Below are positions 27,089 to 42,400 of a DNA stretch of 64,000 nt, one piece after another. The stretch's first letter is position 1. Each line of letters opens with the position of its first letter. The notes beneath the pieces were generated by a model. That model was not told the origin of the DNA. It saw nothing but the letters and a program-made list of their open reading frames with translations, and did no database searches. The translations under genes were made by a program, and so were the position numbers. The DNA lies in the IMG/VR virus record IMGVR_UViG_3300046787_000200, positions 1 through 64,000 of that record; one strand, written 5' to 3'.

Positions 27089-30000
27089 ATGGCTACAAGT
27101 TCCAGACAATCCGCAATATTTGGTGTACAAAATTGGCAACAGATTTATCAAACCTTCCGTGAAGCCGATTTTAAAAGCTATGACTATGAGACTCTGCGTA
27201 AGAGTTTTATAGATTATCTACGCACCTACTACCCTGAAACGTTTAATGATTACATTGAATCAAGTGAGTTTATCGCTCTACTTGACGTTATGGCGTTTAT
27301 GGGACAAGGTTTAGCTTTCCGTAACGACTTAAATACACGTGAAAACTTTATTGATACTGCTGAACGTAGAGATAGTGTTATCAAATTAGCTAACTTAGTA
27401 AGCTATAATCCTAAACGTAACATTGCAGGTCAGGGCTATCTTAAGATTACTAATATTAGTACTACTGAAAACCTAACAGACATTAATGGTATTAACTTAA
27501 GTAATCAGACAATTCTTTGGAATGACCCTGCAAACGCTAATTGGTTAGAACAATTTAATACGATTATCAATGCTACATTAATTAACAGTCAACGTGTAGG
27601 GCGTCCTGGAAATACACAAGAAATATTAGGTGTAAAGACTGACGAATACTCAGTAAACATTCCACCTACAAGCTTACCTATTGTACCATTCACTAGTACA
27701 GTTGATACTATCAATATGAATTTTGAGTTAGTTAGTGCAACTAGTTTAGATGAAGATTATGTATATGAAATTCCACCTGCACCAAGTGGAAAGATGAATA
27801 TGATGTATCGTAACGACAAATTAGGTTACGGTAGTCCAAATACAGGTTTCTTCTTTTACTTTAAGCAAGGAACATTACAGAGTTATGATTTTAACTTAGC
27901 TCAACAGATTAGTAACCAAGTAGTAGATATTGACATTCAAGGTGTTAATAATACAGATACGTGGTTATATCAACTTAATACTAGCAACGGTGGTAGAACA
28001 TTATGGAGATTAGTAGATAGCGTTTATGCAAATGCTAGTTTACAAACAGAGAGTAGCTATAAGAAAGTATTCTCTGTAGTTTCTAGGTTCAATGACCAAG
28101 TTAGTTACACTTTCGGTGATGGAGTATTTTCCGAAGCACCAGTTGGAACATTTAGAGCATATGTTCGTGCAGGTAATGCATTAACATATACTATCGATCC
28201 TACTGAAATGCAAGGGATACAAGTAACAATACAGTATATTAGCAGAGCAGGACGAACAGAAGCACTCACTATAGGATTATCATTACAAACACCAGCTTCA
28301 ACAGCGCAAGCCAGAGAAACATTAGCAAACATTAAATTACGTGCTCCTGCTCGATATTATACACAGAACAGAATGGTTAATGGTGAAGATTATACAAATT
28401 TCCCATATACATTATACAGTTCAATTATTAAAAGTGCAGCCATTAATCGTAGTTCTATCGGCGTGTCTAAAAACTTAGACTTGCTAGATCCTACAGGAAA
28501 ATACTCCAGCACGAATTCATTTGCAAGTGACGGTGGTTTATATCAAAATACTGATGATGGTAATTTGTTATTAACCATTAGCAACACCGGTGATATCATT
28601 AAATTCTTAACAGATTCATTGGCATTAGCATTAGCTGATAATCGAGCAAAACAATATTATCTACAGAATTACCCACGTTATAATATTAACATAGCGTCTG
28701 GAGATGGTACTGTTTATTGGAATACCAGCACAGTTGATGCTAACAGTATTACTGGTTACTTCTATAATATTGTTGGCTCTACTAATACACCTATATCAAC
28801 CGGCACATATAATACACATAACATGAAGTATGTTACTAAAGGTGCATTGGTTAGAGTTGATGCACCGAGTGGTGCATATTTTGATGAGAATAATAGATTA
28901 GTGTATGGCATCGCCGGTGCAAGCAATATCACATACTACTGGACAACAGTACTAAGTGTTATCGGTGATGGCTACAATAACGGTGAGGGTAACTTTAGTA
29001 ATGGTGCAGGTCCTGTATCATTAAATGGTTATGTACCGCAAGGCGCAATTATTACTCAAGTAATACCTGCATTCCAGAATACATTACCTACAAGCGTATT
29101 GACTGAAGCCCGTATCAAAATGGAATTAAATCAAAGCTTCAGCTTGATTTTTGATAACTCATTATTAATTAGCCAAGATAGATGGTCTGTTGCCGCATAT
29201 AATGCAACAGGGTGGTTTGTTAATTTCAATAGTGTTGGCAGCAATCGATATGAAGTTACATATAAATCATTACGTTACTATTTTGGAAGTGTGGCTGACA
29301 CACGTTTTTGGTTTGAAACAGGTAAACTTGTGTATGATCCAGTTACTGGTAAAATCTTATCAGACTATGTTAAGATACTACCATCTAACACACAACCTGG
29401 TAGTAATAATGCATTAGCAAAACCTGTACAGATTAGTATTATTGGACAAACTGTTGAGAGTGATGGGTATGTCAATGACTTTGAAGTAGAAGTTGCAAGT
29501 ATTGATGTTAATAATAATGAAATTGTTACTGACCCAGACTTTTTCCAAACCGTAACAGGATATGTAACTGGTGGAAATAATACAGGGATATACACCTTCT
29601 TTGAATTAATTGAAGATGCGATTAATCTATCACGTTATCAATTAATTGCTACTAGTAGTGTAGTTTATCAGTACCCAACGTTGACTAATATTGAAGTGGT
29701 TAAATATGAATATCCATTAGGTCAATTATTTTATGCATATAGTGAAAATAAGTTTTACACAACGGTACAAGATACTAGTGTAACTACACCTTACTATTTG
29801 GTAGTTGAACAAACACAATATTATATGCAGCCTGGACGTCAAGCATTGTCATATCAATATCGTCATAATAGCAATAATACAACACGTATTGATCCAGCGA
29901 CTACAAATATTATTGATTTGTATTTGGTAACACAAGCATATTATACTGCTTATCAAAACTGGATACAAGATACTACTGGTACTATACCAATGCCAGACAC

Positions 30001-30460
30001 ACCTACTATTAGTGAATTACAACAAGCATATGGTCAATTAGATGACTATAAGATGTTAACTGATAGTATTGTGCCTAATAGTGTTCGCTTTGTTCCGTTA
30101 TTTGGAACTAAAGCACCAACACAATTGCAAGGTACGATTAAAGTAATTAAATCACAAAACACAAATGCAAGTGATAGCGAAATACGTAGTGCAGTGTTAT
30201 CTGCAATGAATAGTTATTTCAATATTAACAATTGGAGTTTTGGTGATACATTCTATTTCTCTGAACTAAGCGCATACTTACACGCCCAGTTAGGAGATTT
30301 AGTAAGTTCAGTTGTTCTTGTACCTAATGATCCAACAATGAGTTTCGGTGATTTGTATGAAATCAAATCAGCTCCATACGAAATTTTTGTTAACGGTGCA
30401 ACTGCAAATGATGTGGTGGTAATTGCTGCCCTTACACCAGTGCAATTACAAATAAGATAA
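27089..30460 (+). CDS. gp6: Baseplate wedge subunit, gp6-like
   Basis: DFKSYDYETLRKSFIDYL, ENFIDTAERRDSVIKLA, ETLANIKLRAPARYYTQNRMVNGEDY. Confidence 0.85.
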   Translation: MATSSRQSAIFGVQNWQQIYQTFREADFKSYDYETLRKSFIDYLRTYYPETFNDYIESSEFIALLDVMAFMGQGLAFRNDLNTRENFIDTAERRDSVIKLANLVSYNPKRNIAGQGYLKITNISTTENLTDINGINLSNQTILWNDPANANWLEQFNTIINATLINSQRVGRPGNTQEILGVKTDEYSVNIPPTSLPIVPFTSTVDTINMNFELVSATSLDEDYVYEIPPAPSGKMNMMYRNDKLGYGSPNTGFFFYFKQGTLQSYDFNLAQQISNQVVDIDIQGVNNTDTWLYQLNTSNGGRTLWRLVDSVYANASLQTESSYKKVFSVVSRFNDQVSYTFGDGVFSEAPVGTFRAYVRAGNALTYTIDPTEMQGIQVTIQYISRAGRTEALTIGLSLQTPASTAQARETLANIKLRAPARYYTQNRMVNGEDYTNFPYTLYSSIIKSAAINRSSIGVSKNLDLLDPTGKYSSTNSFASDGGLYQNTDDGNLLLTISNTGDIIKFLTDSLALALADNRAKQYYLQNYPRYNINIASGDGTVYWNTSTVDANSITGYFYNIVGSTNTPISTGTYNTHNMKYVTKGALVRVDAPSGAYFDENNRLVYGIAGASNITYYWTTVLSVIGDGYNNGEGNFSNGAGPVSLNGYVPQGAIITQVIPAFQNTLPTSVLTEARIKMELNQSFSLIFDNSLLISQDRWSVAAYNATGWFVNFNSVGSNRYEVTYKSLRYYFGSVADTRFWFETGKLVYDPVTGKILSDYVKILPSNTQPGSNNALAKPVQISIIGQTVESDGYVNDFEVEVASIDVNNNEIVTDPDFFQTVTGYVTGGNNTGIYTFFELIEDAINLSRYQLIATSSVVYQYPTLTNIEVVKYEYPLGQLFYAYSENKFYTTVQDTSVTTPYYLVVEQTQYYMQPGRQALSYQYRHNSNNTTRIDPATTNIIDLYLVTQAYYTAYQNWIQDTTGTIPMPDTPTISELQQAYGQLDDYKMLTDSIVPNSVRFVPLFGTKAPTQLQGTIKVIKSQNTNASDSEIRSAVLSAMNSYFNINNWSFGDTFYFSELSAYLHAQLGDLVSSVVLVPNDPTMSFGDLYEIKSAPYEIFVNGATANDVVVIAALTPVQLQIR

Positions 30461-30486
30461 GTACTATATAATAATAGAGAGTTATA

Positions 30487-33400
30487 ATGGCAGCACGAAT
30501 TAGAACACTAAATTTTTTACCAGAAGTTTTTCAAACACCTACTAATGCACAATTCTTAGGTGCAACTCTGGATCAAATTGTTGATCAACCTAACACAATG
30601 AAAATTGAAGGTTATGTTGGTAGCAAATTTGGTTATGGTATTAATGCAAAAGACAAGTATGTAGTTGAACCAACTAAAACAAGAACAAATTATCAATTAG
30701 ATCCAGGTGTTGTCTTTACAAAAACAAACACATCTACTGCACAAGATTTTATATCTTATCCAGGCATTATTGATGCGTTGAAGCTTGAAGGTGGAATTAC
30801 TAATAATAACGATAGATTATTCAATAGTCAGTTCTACTCTTGGGATCCGTTTGTAAACCTAGATAAGATTATTAACTTCAATCAATATTACTGGTTACCA
30901 ACTGGTGCACCGGTTGTAAACATTTCTACTGACATAGTTTATACAGCAACAGATTATGTTGTTGAAAGCTTACCTAATGGATATAATATTTCCAGTGATA
31001 TTAATCCTGCAGGAGCGACTAATCCAACACTAACATTGATTCGTGGTGGTACTTATACGTTTGCAGTAAACCAAACTAGTGATTTTTGGATTCAAGGTAA
31101 ACCAGGTGTTACTGGTTTTGACCCACAACAAACTAATTTACAAACACGTGATGTATTGGGAGTTGAAAACAACGGTACCAACGCCGGCATTGTAGTATTC
31201 AGTGTTCCATATAAAGATGCGCAAGATGAATATAACTTGCCAGGTAACAATCTAGTAGATGTAGTATCAACATTACAGTTTAGTCAAATCAATGGATTGA
31301 GATTATCAGAAATCGGTGGCGGCATCGACGGTGTATCATCATTGAATGGTTTGACGTTAATGTTCTATAACGGCTTAACAGATGAAGTTGCTAACTTTGG
31401 TGCATATGACTTACAAACGTTTGATCAAACTGATGTTACTCCGGTATCATTTGATGATGATTCTTTGATATATCAACCAGTAAGTAGTTGGTTCTTTCAA
31501 ATTAATTATATCGACAATCCTGAAGATGCAACAGATCCAATTATTCAATTAGTACCATATCAGAATATACCTACTAGTCAAAAAATTACAGCTACTTATG
31601 GTACACAATGGAAAGCAAGAAATTTCTACCGTACCCCAAGTGGTGTAATTAATCTTGTTCCTTATTTAAGCGCAATCTTAGATACATTGTATTACCAAGA
31701 CGGCACAAGTCCAAATAAAGTAGGTATAATTAAGTTAATTGAAAGTAACTCAACTAATCAATTAGATATCAATGACATATTGGGACAAACACAATATACT
31801 AGCCCGAATGGCGTAGTGTTTACTAATGGTCTTAAAGTTAGTTTCAGTGGTGATATTTACCCTGCAAGTTATACTGAAGGTGAATATTATGTTGAAGGTG
31901 TTGGTACTGCAATTGAACTAATCAATACTGCTGACTTGATAGCACCCGAACCCTTCACTGAAGGAACATATACACCATACGATTCGTTACCATATGATAT
32001 TGGTAACTTTGATAGTACCTTATACATCCCTGTACAACAAGATTATATTACTATTGCTCGTAACAGTATTGATAAAAATGCATGGGCTCGTAGTAATCGT
32101 TGGTTCCACATTGACGTTATTAATGCAACTGCAACATATAACAACAATCCTAGTATTGCTACAACTTATGCAACACAAGATAACAAAGCAAAACGCCCAA
32201 TTATTGAATTTTACCCTAACTTAAGATTGTTCAATAACGGTGTTGTAGGTAAAGATCCTATCGATTTCTTTGATGATAGAACAACAGATGCGTTTACATA
32301 TGTTGCTGGTCAACAACAATACTGGCCAGACGTTGAAGTATATACTGCATATACTGGTACTATTGCTGCCGCAACAGGAACAAGTACTACTATAACTATC
32401 GATGCAGATGATGTTACAGGTACATTCCAAGTTGGTCAGTATATTAGTGATACTACAAACGTATTACCTAGAAATACTCAGATTACTAGTATCAGTGGAA
32501 CAACTACATTAACAATTACAGTAACTTGGGATGACTCTACAACTATTACTGCCACATCAAATGCATCATTGGTTGCAAATGATGTATCAAATGACAACTA
32601 TTCATTATATGATGGTGCAAGAATTGTATTCTCAGCAGATACCAATGAGAACGTAAGAAACAAAATATATGTTGTAAGATTCTCAAATATTGCAGGTGGT
32701 ACGAACACTGTAATTACATTAACTGAAGCAGTTGATGGATTAGTTCTTCCATTAGAAGAAATATTTGCATTTAAAGGATATAACAATCAAGGTAAAGATT
32801 TCTACTTTGACGGTATTGAATGGTTATTAGCACAGCAGAAAACTACTGTTAATCAAGCTCCATTGTTTGATATATTTGACAATGATGGTGTAAGCTTTGC
32901 TGATACTGATGTTTATGTTGGATCATCATTTGCTGGTAACAAATTATTCAGTTATGGAATAGGCTCAGGTATCAAAGATATTGTATTGGGTTTCCCATTA
33001 AGATATAGTGCAGTTAACAACGTAGGTGATATTAGCTTTGATGTTCCATTAAATTCAGCAACATTTAACTATGTTCGTGGAACCACACCAATAACACAAA
33101 ATGTTAATACAGGATATGTGTATAACTATACATCTGGTACTGATGTTGTACGTCAATTAGGCTGGCAAACTGCAGTAGCAGAAAGTCGCCAATATCAGAT
33201 ATTCAGTTTTGACTATATTGCAACAGATTTAACAACTACATATACATGTGATATTGCAGCCGCTACTGACACTGTGTGGCCTAATATTCAAGTATATGTT
33301 AATAACGAAATACAACCTTCAACAAGTTATACATATACTATCGGAGCTAATTCTACAGTCATCACGTTTACTGTACCTGATCCATTAGTAGATACTATTG

Positions 33401-36400
33401 TTGAAGTTTCTATATTAAGTGATCAAGTTAGTTCAACTGCATACTATCAAGTACCAATTAACTTAAGTAACAATCCATTCAATGAAGATGTTACTGTAGT
33501 TAATGTAGGTGATATTCGTGGACAATATCAAAGTATATTCTATAACAACCCAAATACTACCGGCAATGTATTTGGATCAAATAATTACCGTGATTTAGGT
33601 AATCTTGTGCCATGGGGTAATAAAATTATTCAGAACAGTGCAAGTTTAGCATTGCCTGGATCATTGTTAAGATTACAAAATCATAACTTGTTTAGTTCTA
33701 TTCAGTACAATAGTCAACAGTATATTACATTCAAATCATTGTTGATTAACACAATTGATAGTACTGAGTATAATATAATGCAGACACCTGCAGTAATATT
33801 AGATGATGCATTAGATCAAATTACCGCAAATAAAACAACAACAGAACCTTTCTTCTGGAGTGATATGTTGCCAAACAAGGCAGCATACGCAACTAATACA
33901 TACACATTTGCAAACAGTTTAGATGTAAGTATATATCCATTAACAAGAATTTATAATTTTGATACAGCTAATTATTATGGCGTATTGGTATATTTGACAA
34001 GAACAGTTGATAATTTTACATCGACCTCACAACTTATTGTTAACCAAGATTATACTGTAAGTACAGATAGTCCGTCATTGACAATCACTAAAGATTTGTT
34101 ACCAGGTGACATAGTTACTATCAAAGAATATACACAAACATTTGGTTCATATGTTCCAAATACTCCTACAAAATTAGGATTGTATCCTTCATTTATTCCT
34201 GAAGTTGTATTAGATAGTAATTATTCACAACCTACTTATTTCATTGTAGGGCATGATGGTTCATACACTAAATTATACGGTGACTATATTGATGGTCATC
34301 TAGTTGATTTTAGAGATCAGGCTCTATTAGAATTTGAAACACGTATCTATAATAATTTGAAATTAACAGATACTGTACCTATCAGTGAATTTGACGTTAT
34401 CCCTGGTTTCTTTAGAACAACAGACTACACGTATGATGAAGTATTAGAAATTTATAGTCAATACTTCTTAAATTGGGTAGGTCAAAATCGTATTGAATAT
34501 AAGAAACAATTTTATCAAGCCAATAACGAGTTCACTTATAACTATACACAATCCGGTAACAGACTTAACAATCAACCATTTGAGCAAGGGTTCTGGAGAG
34601 GTATATATGAATATTTCTATGACACTAGTACGCCAAATACAACTCCATGGGAGATGTTAGGATTTAGTGATCAACCTACATGGTGGACAAATAGATATGG
34701 TCCTGCTCCATATACAAGTGATAACTTAGTATTGTGGGGAGATTTAGCACAAGGTATTAATTGGAACAATGGTGATCCAGTCGTTCTACCTAATTGTGTA
34801 AGAGAAGGATTGTTAGATGTAATCCCAGTTGACAGTCAAGGCGACTTATTGTCACCTTTCGATGCAGTCATGGGTAACTACAATCAAAAAACATTCCGCA
34901 ATGATTGGGTAGTAGGAGATGTTGGACCTGCTGAGTTCAGCTATCGTAGAAGTAGCTCATATCCATATGATTTGATGCAAATTCTTGCGCTTACAAAACC
35001 TGCACAATTCTATAACTTAGGATTTGATGTAGACAATTACAAATATAACGCAGAATTTAATCAATATTTGGTCAACAATCGCAGCCATTTAGTAATAAGT
35101 GATGTTGCTATATACGGTAACGGCACAGCTAAAACAAGTTATGTTAACTGGATAGTTGATTATGAGAAACAAGTTGGTGTAGATGCAACTACTAACATAA
35201 CTGATTTGTTTGACAACTTAGATGTTCGTTTGATTTATAGATTAGCAGGCTTTAGTGATAAGAGTTTATTAAATTTCTTTGTTGAAAAGGGTACACCTAA
35301 CAGTAGAAATGCATCACTATTAATTCCCGATGAAAGTTATAGTGTATTGTTATATGATAACGTACCACTAACAACTATTATCTATAGCAGTGTTGTAGTA
35401 CAAAGTACCAGCACTGGTTGGAAAGTATTTGGTAATTCACAAGATACTGCATACTTTACGGTATCAGTACCTAAGATAAACGGTAACTACAACAGAGTTA
35501 ATGTAGGTGATTTGTCAGTTCAATTAGCAAAAGACTATGTAACAGACAGCACAGCACTAATTCCATACGGTACTGAGTTTCCTGACTTACAAGGAGTAAG
35601 TCAGTTTATTGCAAGCTATGGACATTACTTATCAACTCAAGGTGTATTATTTGAACAAATTGAATCTGGTATAGATGTTAATTGGAATCAAATGGTCACT
35701 GAGTTGTTATATTGGGCACAAAGTGGTTGGGAGACAGGAAGTATTATTAACTTGAATCCTGCGGCTAACTTAATAACTATTAATAAAGATAGTTATGTAG
35801 TTCAACCTTTGACTCTACAAAGACAAAACTTTATTTTAAATCAAAATCTATATCCAATTCAAAGTGTTGATTTGGCTGTAATACGTGACAGTACATTGTT
35901 TAGTGCTAAACCATTAAATGAAGGGGACACAGTTGCGTATGGTCAATTCAATATTAGTAACTTTGAACACGGTATTGTATTTGATAATGTAACATTATTC
36001 AATGATACATTGTACAATCTTGTAACTGGTTTACGCCAGAATCGTATCTTAACAAGAGGCACTAAATCTGCCGATTGGAATGGTACAGTTGATGCACAAG
36101 GCTTTATTCTTAACCAAGACAACATACAAGAATGGAGTCCTAATGTAAAATATACAAGAGGCAATATAGTTAAGTACAAAAACAAATATTGGTTCGCATT
36201 AAAAGTATTAAATGCACAAGTAACATTTGATGAACAATACTGGAAAGAAACTGATTACAATGAAATTCAAAAAGGCTTGTTACCTAATAGTTCAACACGC
36301 TCATATGAATCTACTTTGTTCTATGATACAAATAAATCTAACTTAGACCAAGATAGTGATTTACTAAGCTGGTCATTGATTGGATATCGCCCACGTGATT

Positions 36401-39400
36401 ATTTGGCACTTGCTGATTTGACTGATATTACTCAAGTTAATGTTTATAAGAACTTGATTAAAGAAAAAGGTACTCGCATTGCAGCCAATGCCTTTAAGGG
36501 ATTAACATTACCTCAAGGTGGTATTGATTATGATATCTATGAAAACTGGGCTATTAAGACCGGTGAGTTTGGTGGTGTATTAAATGACAACTTTGTTGAC
36601 TTCCGCTTAAATCAAAATCTATTAACAAGTAATCCAAGTATTGTAGGATTAACTAATGGTATAGATACCGATGGCGTACAACAAGGTGTACCTCTATATT
36701 CAGTATTCAACTACGGTAGACCAATTAGCAATCCTGATGTACTACCAACATTGCCAGTAGATACACCCAATAAACTATTCCCTAATGCTGGATATGTTAA
36801 TTTTAATGATGTTAAAATTTCATCATACTATTACAATGGATTGAACACTGCCGTTACTCCTCTATCTAACTTATATGTAAATGAATATGTATGGTTAGCG
36901 GATTATAATAACACATGGCAAGTATACACACCAACTAGTGCAGGACAAGTAATTAGTGCAATTAATAACTTGAATGGTACTGTTACAATTCAATTTAATG
37001 GTCCACATAATCTAACAAAGTATCAACCATTTGCAATTGTTAACTTCAATGAAAATATTGATGGTTATAGAATTGTTGCAACAATTGTGGATACTACTAA
37101 AGTAACCATAGCACTAAGCTTACCTGGATCTATTACTACCATAACAGGTCAAGGTGTTGCGTTGAAATTCTCATCACAACGTATAGCTACTCCAAGTGAT
37201 GTTAACACATTACCATTACTTGATAGTGAATTTGTAAAAAATAAAGTTTGGGTTGATACAAACAATGATGGTTCTTGGGCTGTATATCGTAAGAGTTTAA
37301 ATTATGTATATACTGATGAATTATTAAAAGATGGTTCAACAACTTATGGAAGTGCAGTAGCACAGACTAGTAATTTAGGTTACTTAGTAACAGACGCAGA
37401 TGCAGGTGTAGCATATCGTTATGCTTATAGCCCTGTGTTTGATAATTACAGCATTGTACAGACCATTACAAAAGATGCATCATTTGGTACAACTATTGAA
37501 TATGTAGATGATGTGTTTGTAATTTCACAACCTACTGGTGCTTCATACACTGATAGAAAAGTTTATATCTATGAGTTAGTAATTAACACCTTAGTGAATG
37601 AATTACAAGAAGTACAAGTAATTACTGCTCCTAATACAGTAACTAACTGGGGTTCTTCAATCGCATTATCCGGAGACAAGAACTGGTTGTATATCTCTGC
37701 TTATGAACAGAATTTAGTTTATGCATATCGTAAATCAGTTCTAACAGGTGAATATGAATTTGTTGAAACTATAACTGATGCAGTATTAAGTTCAGGTGAC
37801 AACTTTGGTTATTCAATCGCTACAAATTATTATGGTAATAATGTTGTAATTAGTGCTCCTAACCAAGATAGTACTGTTACTGATTTTGGTTACGCATACG
37901 CATATGATAGATTAGTACAAACATTCGAAGCTCCTTATAATAGCTTACCATATGCACCGCAAACATTTAGTTTGATATTCACACCTACAACTACAACAGT
38001 ATCAGTAACAGATACTGATGCAACTAATGACCGTTTCACATGTACTGATAGCTCAGTATTGACTATAGGTGATCCTATTGTCTTTACTGGCACTACCGTA
38101 TTTGGTGGTGTTGCGCTCAACACAGTTTATTATGTGTTAACTAAACCTACAGGAACTACTTTCACAGTATCTACTACACGCAGTGGTTCTGTGCTACAGT
38201 TACAAACTGCATCGGGTACAATGACAGGTAACCAACAAACAGAACCATTGTTTGTAAGTGTTAATGGAACATTGATAGATGACAATGAATATGGAGTAGT
38301 TGGATCATTGTTGAATGTGTATGCATCATTGACTGCAGGTGATATTGTTACTGTAAGTGGCTCAGAATTTATACTAACACAAACATTCCAATCATCATCT
38401 ACTAACGCATATGAAATTGGTACAAACTTCGGTTACAGTTTAGATGTAGATACATATGCTAACGAAATATTAATTGGTGCTCCGTTTGAAATCAACGCAC
38501 AAAACCAAGAAGGTGCAGTATATCGCTATACCAATAGTGGTGGAAGTTACGGTTTAATTACCGGCACAACAGCAGGTAATGTAACTTCAGCAACTACTAT
38601 TTTATTAAATGGCTATGCAGTAATTATCCCTACAGGAAATGCAACAGTAGTAGCGAACGCAATCAATAACGCAAACATCACAAATGTTATCGCTTCAGCG
38701 ACTGACGGTATATTGACTATTCAAGTTATAAGTGTTGACTTAGCATTTGCCAATGACAAGCTATCATTATCTGTATTAGATATCGATGTGTTAACTCAAT
38801 TGGGTGTCAGCATTTATACTGAAACACAAGTAATTAATGACCCTCATAGTCAGGGTAGAACTCAGTTTGGTTCTACAATCAAGTTTAACTCAAGTGGTTC
38901 ATTTGTAGTTAGTGCACCAGTAAGTGCTCGTTATGCAGAAACAACGTTTGATGCAAGTGATGACGAAAACTATGACAATGATACATTGTTTGACAACAAT
39001 ACAACACAGTTTATAGATAGTTTTGTTAATGCAGGTGCAGTATACATGTATGATTACTTACCAGTATATAATGAAACTGTATCTAACTCTGGTGTATATG
39101 TATATGCACAGAGTGTAAATGCATTGAACGAAGATTACGGAAGTCAACCATATTATGGTACTGCGTTAGATTTCAATAACAATAGTGTTATGATTGGTAC
39201 TCCTAACTTCAGACCAGGTATTGATAACGGTCAAGTTATTATATACAACAATGCTACTGGTGAGACAGATTGGTCAGTGTATCGTAACTCTGCCCCTATC
39301 GTAAACACAGATGCTATTCAAAATGTTCAGTTGTATAGTGTATCAACCAATAATACATTAGTTAATTTAGATTATATTGATCCATTGCAAGGTAAAATAT

Positions 39401-42400
39401 TAGGTGCAGTACGAGAGAACTTAGATATTGTTTCTAATGTAGATCCTGCAAATTATAATTCACCTACTGCAACTAATACAGGTTCTACTGTATGGGGTCC
39501 TGCACAAGTAGGTAAATTATGGTTTAATACTTCAACTACACGATTTGTAAACTATCATCAAAGTAATGATGTTGTTTATAATAGTCAATGGTGGGGTAGA
39601 GTATTTCCTGGTAGTGATGTAAAAGTTTATAGTTGGGTCACAAGTGATGTGCCACCTATTAGTTATCAAGGTCCAGGCACTCCTTATGATATTGAAGAAT
39701 ACGTAGAACAATACTCATTGAATAGTACAGGTTCATTAGTTCCTGTATATTACTATTGGGTTAGAAATACTAATATAGTGTTTACTAAAACAGGTAAAAC
39801 TCTATCAGATACTATATGTGAATCATATATTGCTACCCCATTAGCAACTGGCATTCAATATATGGCAGCAATACAACCAAATGTATTTGGATTGTATAAT
39901 TCAGGATCAGATATAAATGCTACAGATACTGCATTACATATTGGATTCAGTACAGGAACAAGTGATGATGTATCACATAGCGTTTATAGTTTAATTCGTA
40001 GTAACTATGCTGATGATTTCTTACCAGGATTACCTGGAATTGGTGACACTATAGTTCCAGAATCATTATATAACAGAATGATAGAAAGCTTCAGTGGGGT
40101 TGATCAAACCGGAGCAGTAGTTCCTGATCCGTTCTTACCTAAGCCAGTGCAGTCAGGTATATTGGTTCGTCCTCGTCAAAGCTTCTTCTATAACAGATAT
40201 AAAGCATTAGAAAACTATTTGAAATTTGCAAATGAAGTATTTTTACAATATCCATTAGCTGAAACTAATAGTTTAAAATTCTTATTCACTGAAGGTGCAA
40301 TTAACCCATCTACAGTAGATAATCCTAACTGGCCAGGGTTACCTCAGCGTTTCTATAATACACAAGATTATTGGGAACTAGTTAACTGGTGGGCAACTGG
40401 TTATAGTGATAGTACTAAATCAGCAATGTTAGTAGAATCATATTATGATTTAGCTACAATAAATGCTCAAGTTGGATTGATTGTTACTGTAAACAGAAAC
40501 GGTGAAGGCTTACAAGAAACTTATGTGTTTGATGGCACAGAATGGGTTCGTATTGGTTTGCAAAACGGTACAATACAATTTAAGAGTTCATTGTGGGATT
40601 ATTCTACTGCTAGAATAGGTTTTGGTGATAACTTCTTTGATACTACACCATACGATACTTTCCCTAGTGAAGAAACACGTTATATCATTCGTGCATTAAA
40701 TGAAGAATTACCTAGCGAATTGTTATTGTATAGAAATGAAGCATTGATTTTAATGTTCCAATACATCGTAAGTGAAACAATTGAATCACAAAACTACTTA
40801 CCATGGTTGAACAAGACTTCATTTATTGATGTAGCACATACTATACGTGAGTTATTACCGTTGGAAGTTTTCCAAAGTGATAACCAAGATTTCTTAGCTG
40901 GATACTTGAATGAAGCCAAACCATATCATGTGGTTATCAAAGACTTCTTGTTTAAGTATACTGGTACAGATGTATATGATGGTGAAATTACTGACTTTGA
41001 TTTACCAGCACAGTACAATACACAGTATCAACAATATATTACTCCTGAATTAGTATATTCTAATCCAAGCAGTATCAATCAATATTTGCCAACTGACCCT
41101 ATATGGCAGACTCAGCCATATGTTAATTGGTTTAACAATCAAGGTTTAAGTATCACTGGAGTAAACAATTATCCAATTACCGTATTGAGTTCATATGTAG
41201 CATTGAATAGTAATTCGATGGTAGTTGATAACGTATATGGATTCCCTACTACCGGTGTTGTGACTATAGGAACTGAACAAATTGCTTATAGCAGTGTTGA
41301 TAGAGCTTATAGTACTATAAGTGGATTAACCCGCGGTGTTAATGGAACTGCAATTACAAATCATATCCCAGGCGAACAAATTATAATTGATTTGCCTCCT
41401 GTGTTGTTATTAAATGGTGGACGTGGGTATGCTGAACCTCCAAAAGTTACAGCATATATTGACACATCTATATATCCTGCCCCAAGACGTGCAGCCATAC
41501 TACAACCAGTAATGAACTTAGATACAATATTACGTATCGATGTAGTAGATCCAGGTGATGGATATCAAGTATTACCTGAAATACGTATTGAACCAAGTGA
41601 AGTAATTACTTTTGCTAGTACAGATGTTGACACATTAACTAATACGATTACATTACAAACACAGTTCATACAAACAGGTGACTTAATCAAGTATTATGTA
41701 GGTAGCAATACTACACCAATTGGTGGATTAGATAATGAACAATATTATTATGTTTCAGTATTAGAGAATACACCATTCTTCGTAATAGCATTGTATACTA
41801 ATTATGCAGATGCATTGCAGGATCATGACCGAGTTGTGTTAACTAGTGTTGGTTCTGGTACTAATAATAATATTGCTGTAAGTGCAAGAGCAAGCTGTGT
41901 ATCTACATCTATACCAATCAGAGAAAATCAAATTACATTGAGATTTGATAGAACAACTTATAGCTCTGATATTACAGAATGGACGCCTAATAGATTCTAT
42001 GGTAGTTTCTATGCTGGCTTATTTAATAACAGCACAAGAATTGCAAGTTCAAGCATAACACTTGAATCAACTCAACCACCTATCGAAAGCATTTTAGCTA
42101 GTGCTCAAGGTGCAACATTTGAGATTCAAGGTGTAACAAATGACCAAGTATTGACATGGTCATCATTGACACGTACAGTTGGATCTACTACTGCATCTAC
42201 TAACGTGATAACATTGTCATATAATAGTTCAGAACCAAACGCTTCTGGGTCAACTATTGGTTTCTACGTTGACATGCCGGTTAAATTTACCGGTGCATTA
42301 TCTGGAACTGGTTTAGTAGACGGAACAACTTACTATATTATAGAAGTTATTAACGAGTCAGACTTTAAAGTTTCAGCAACAGTGAACGGATCTGCGGTTG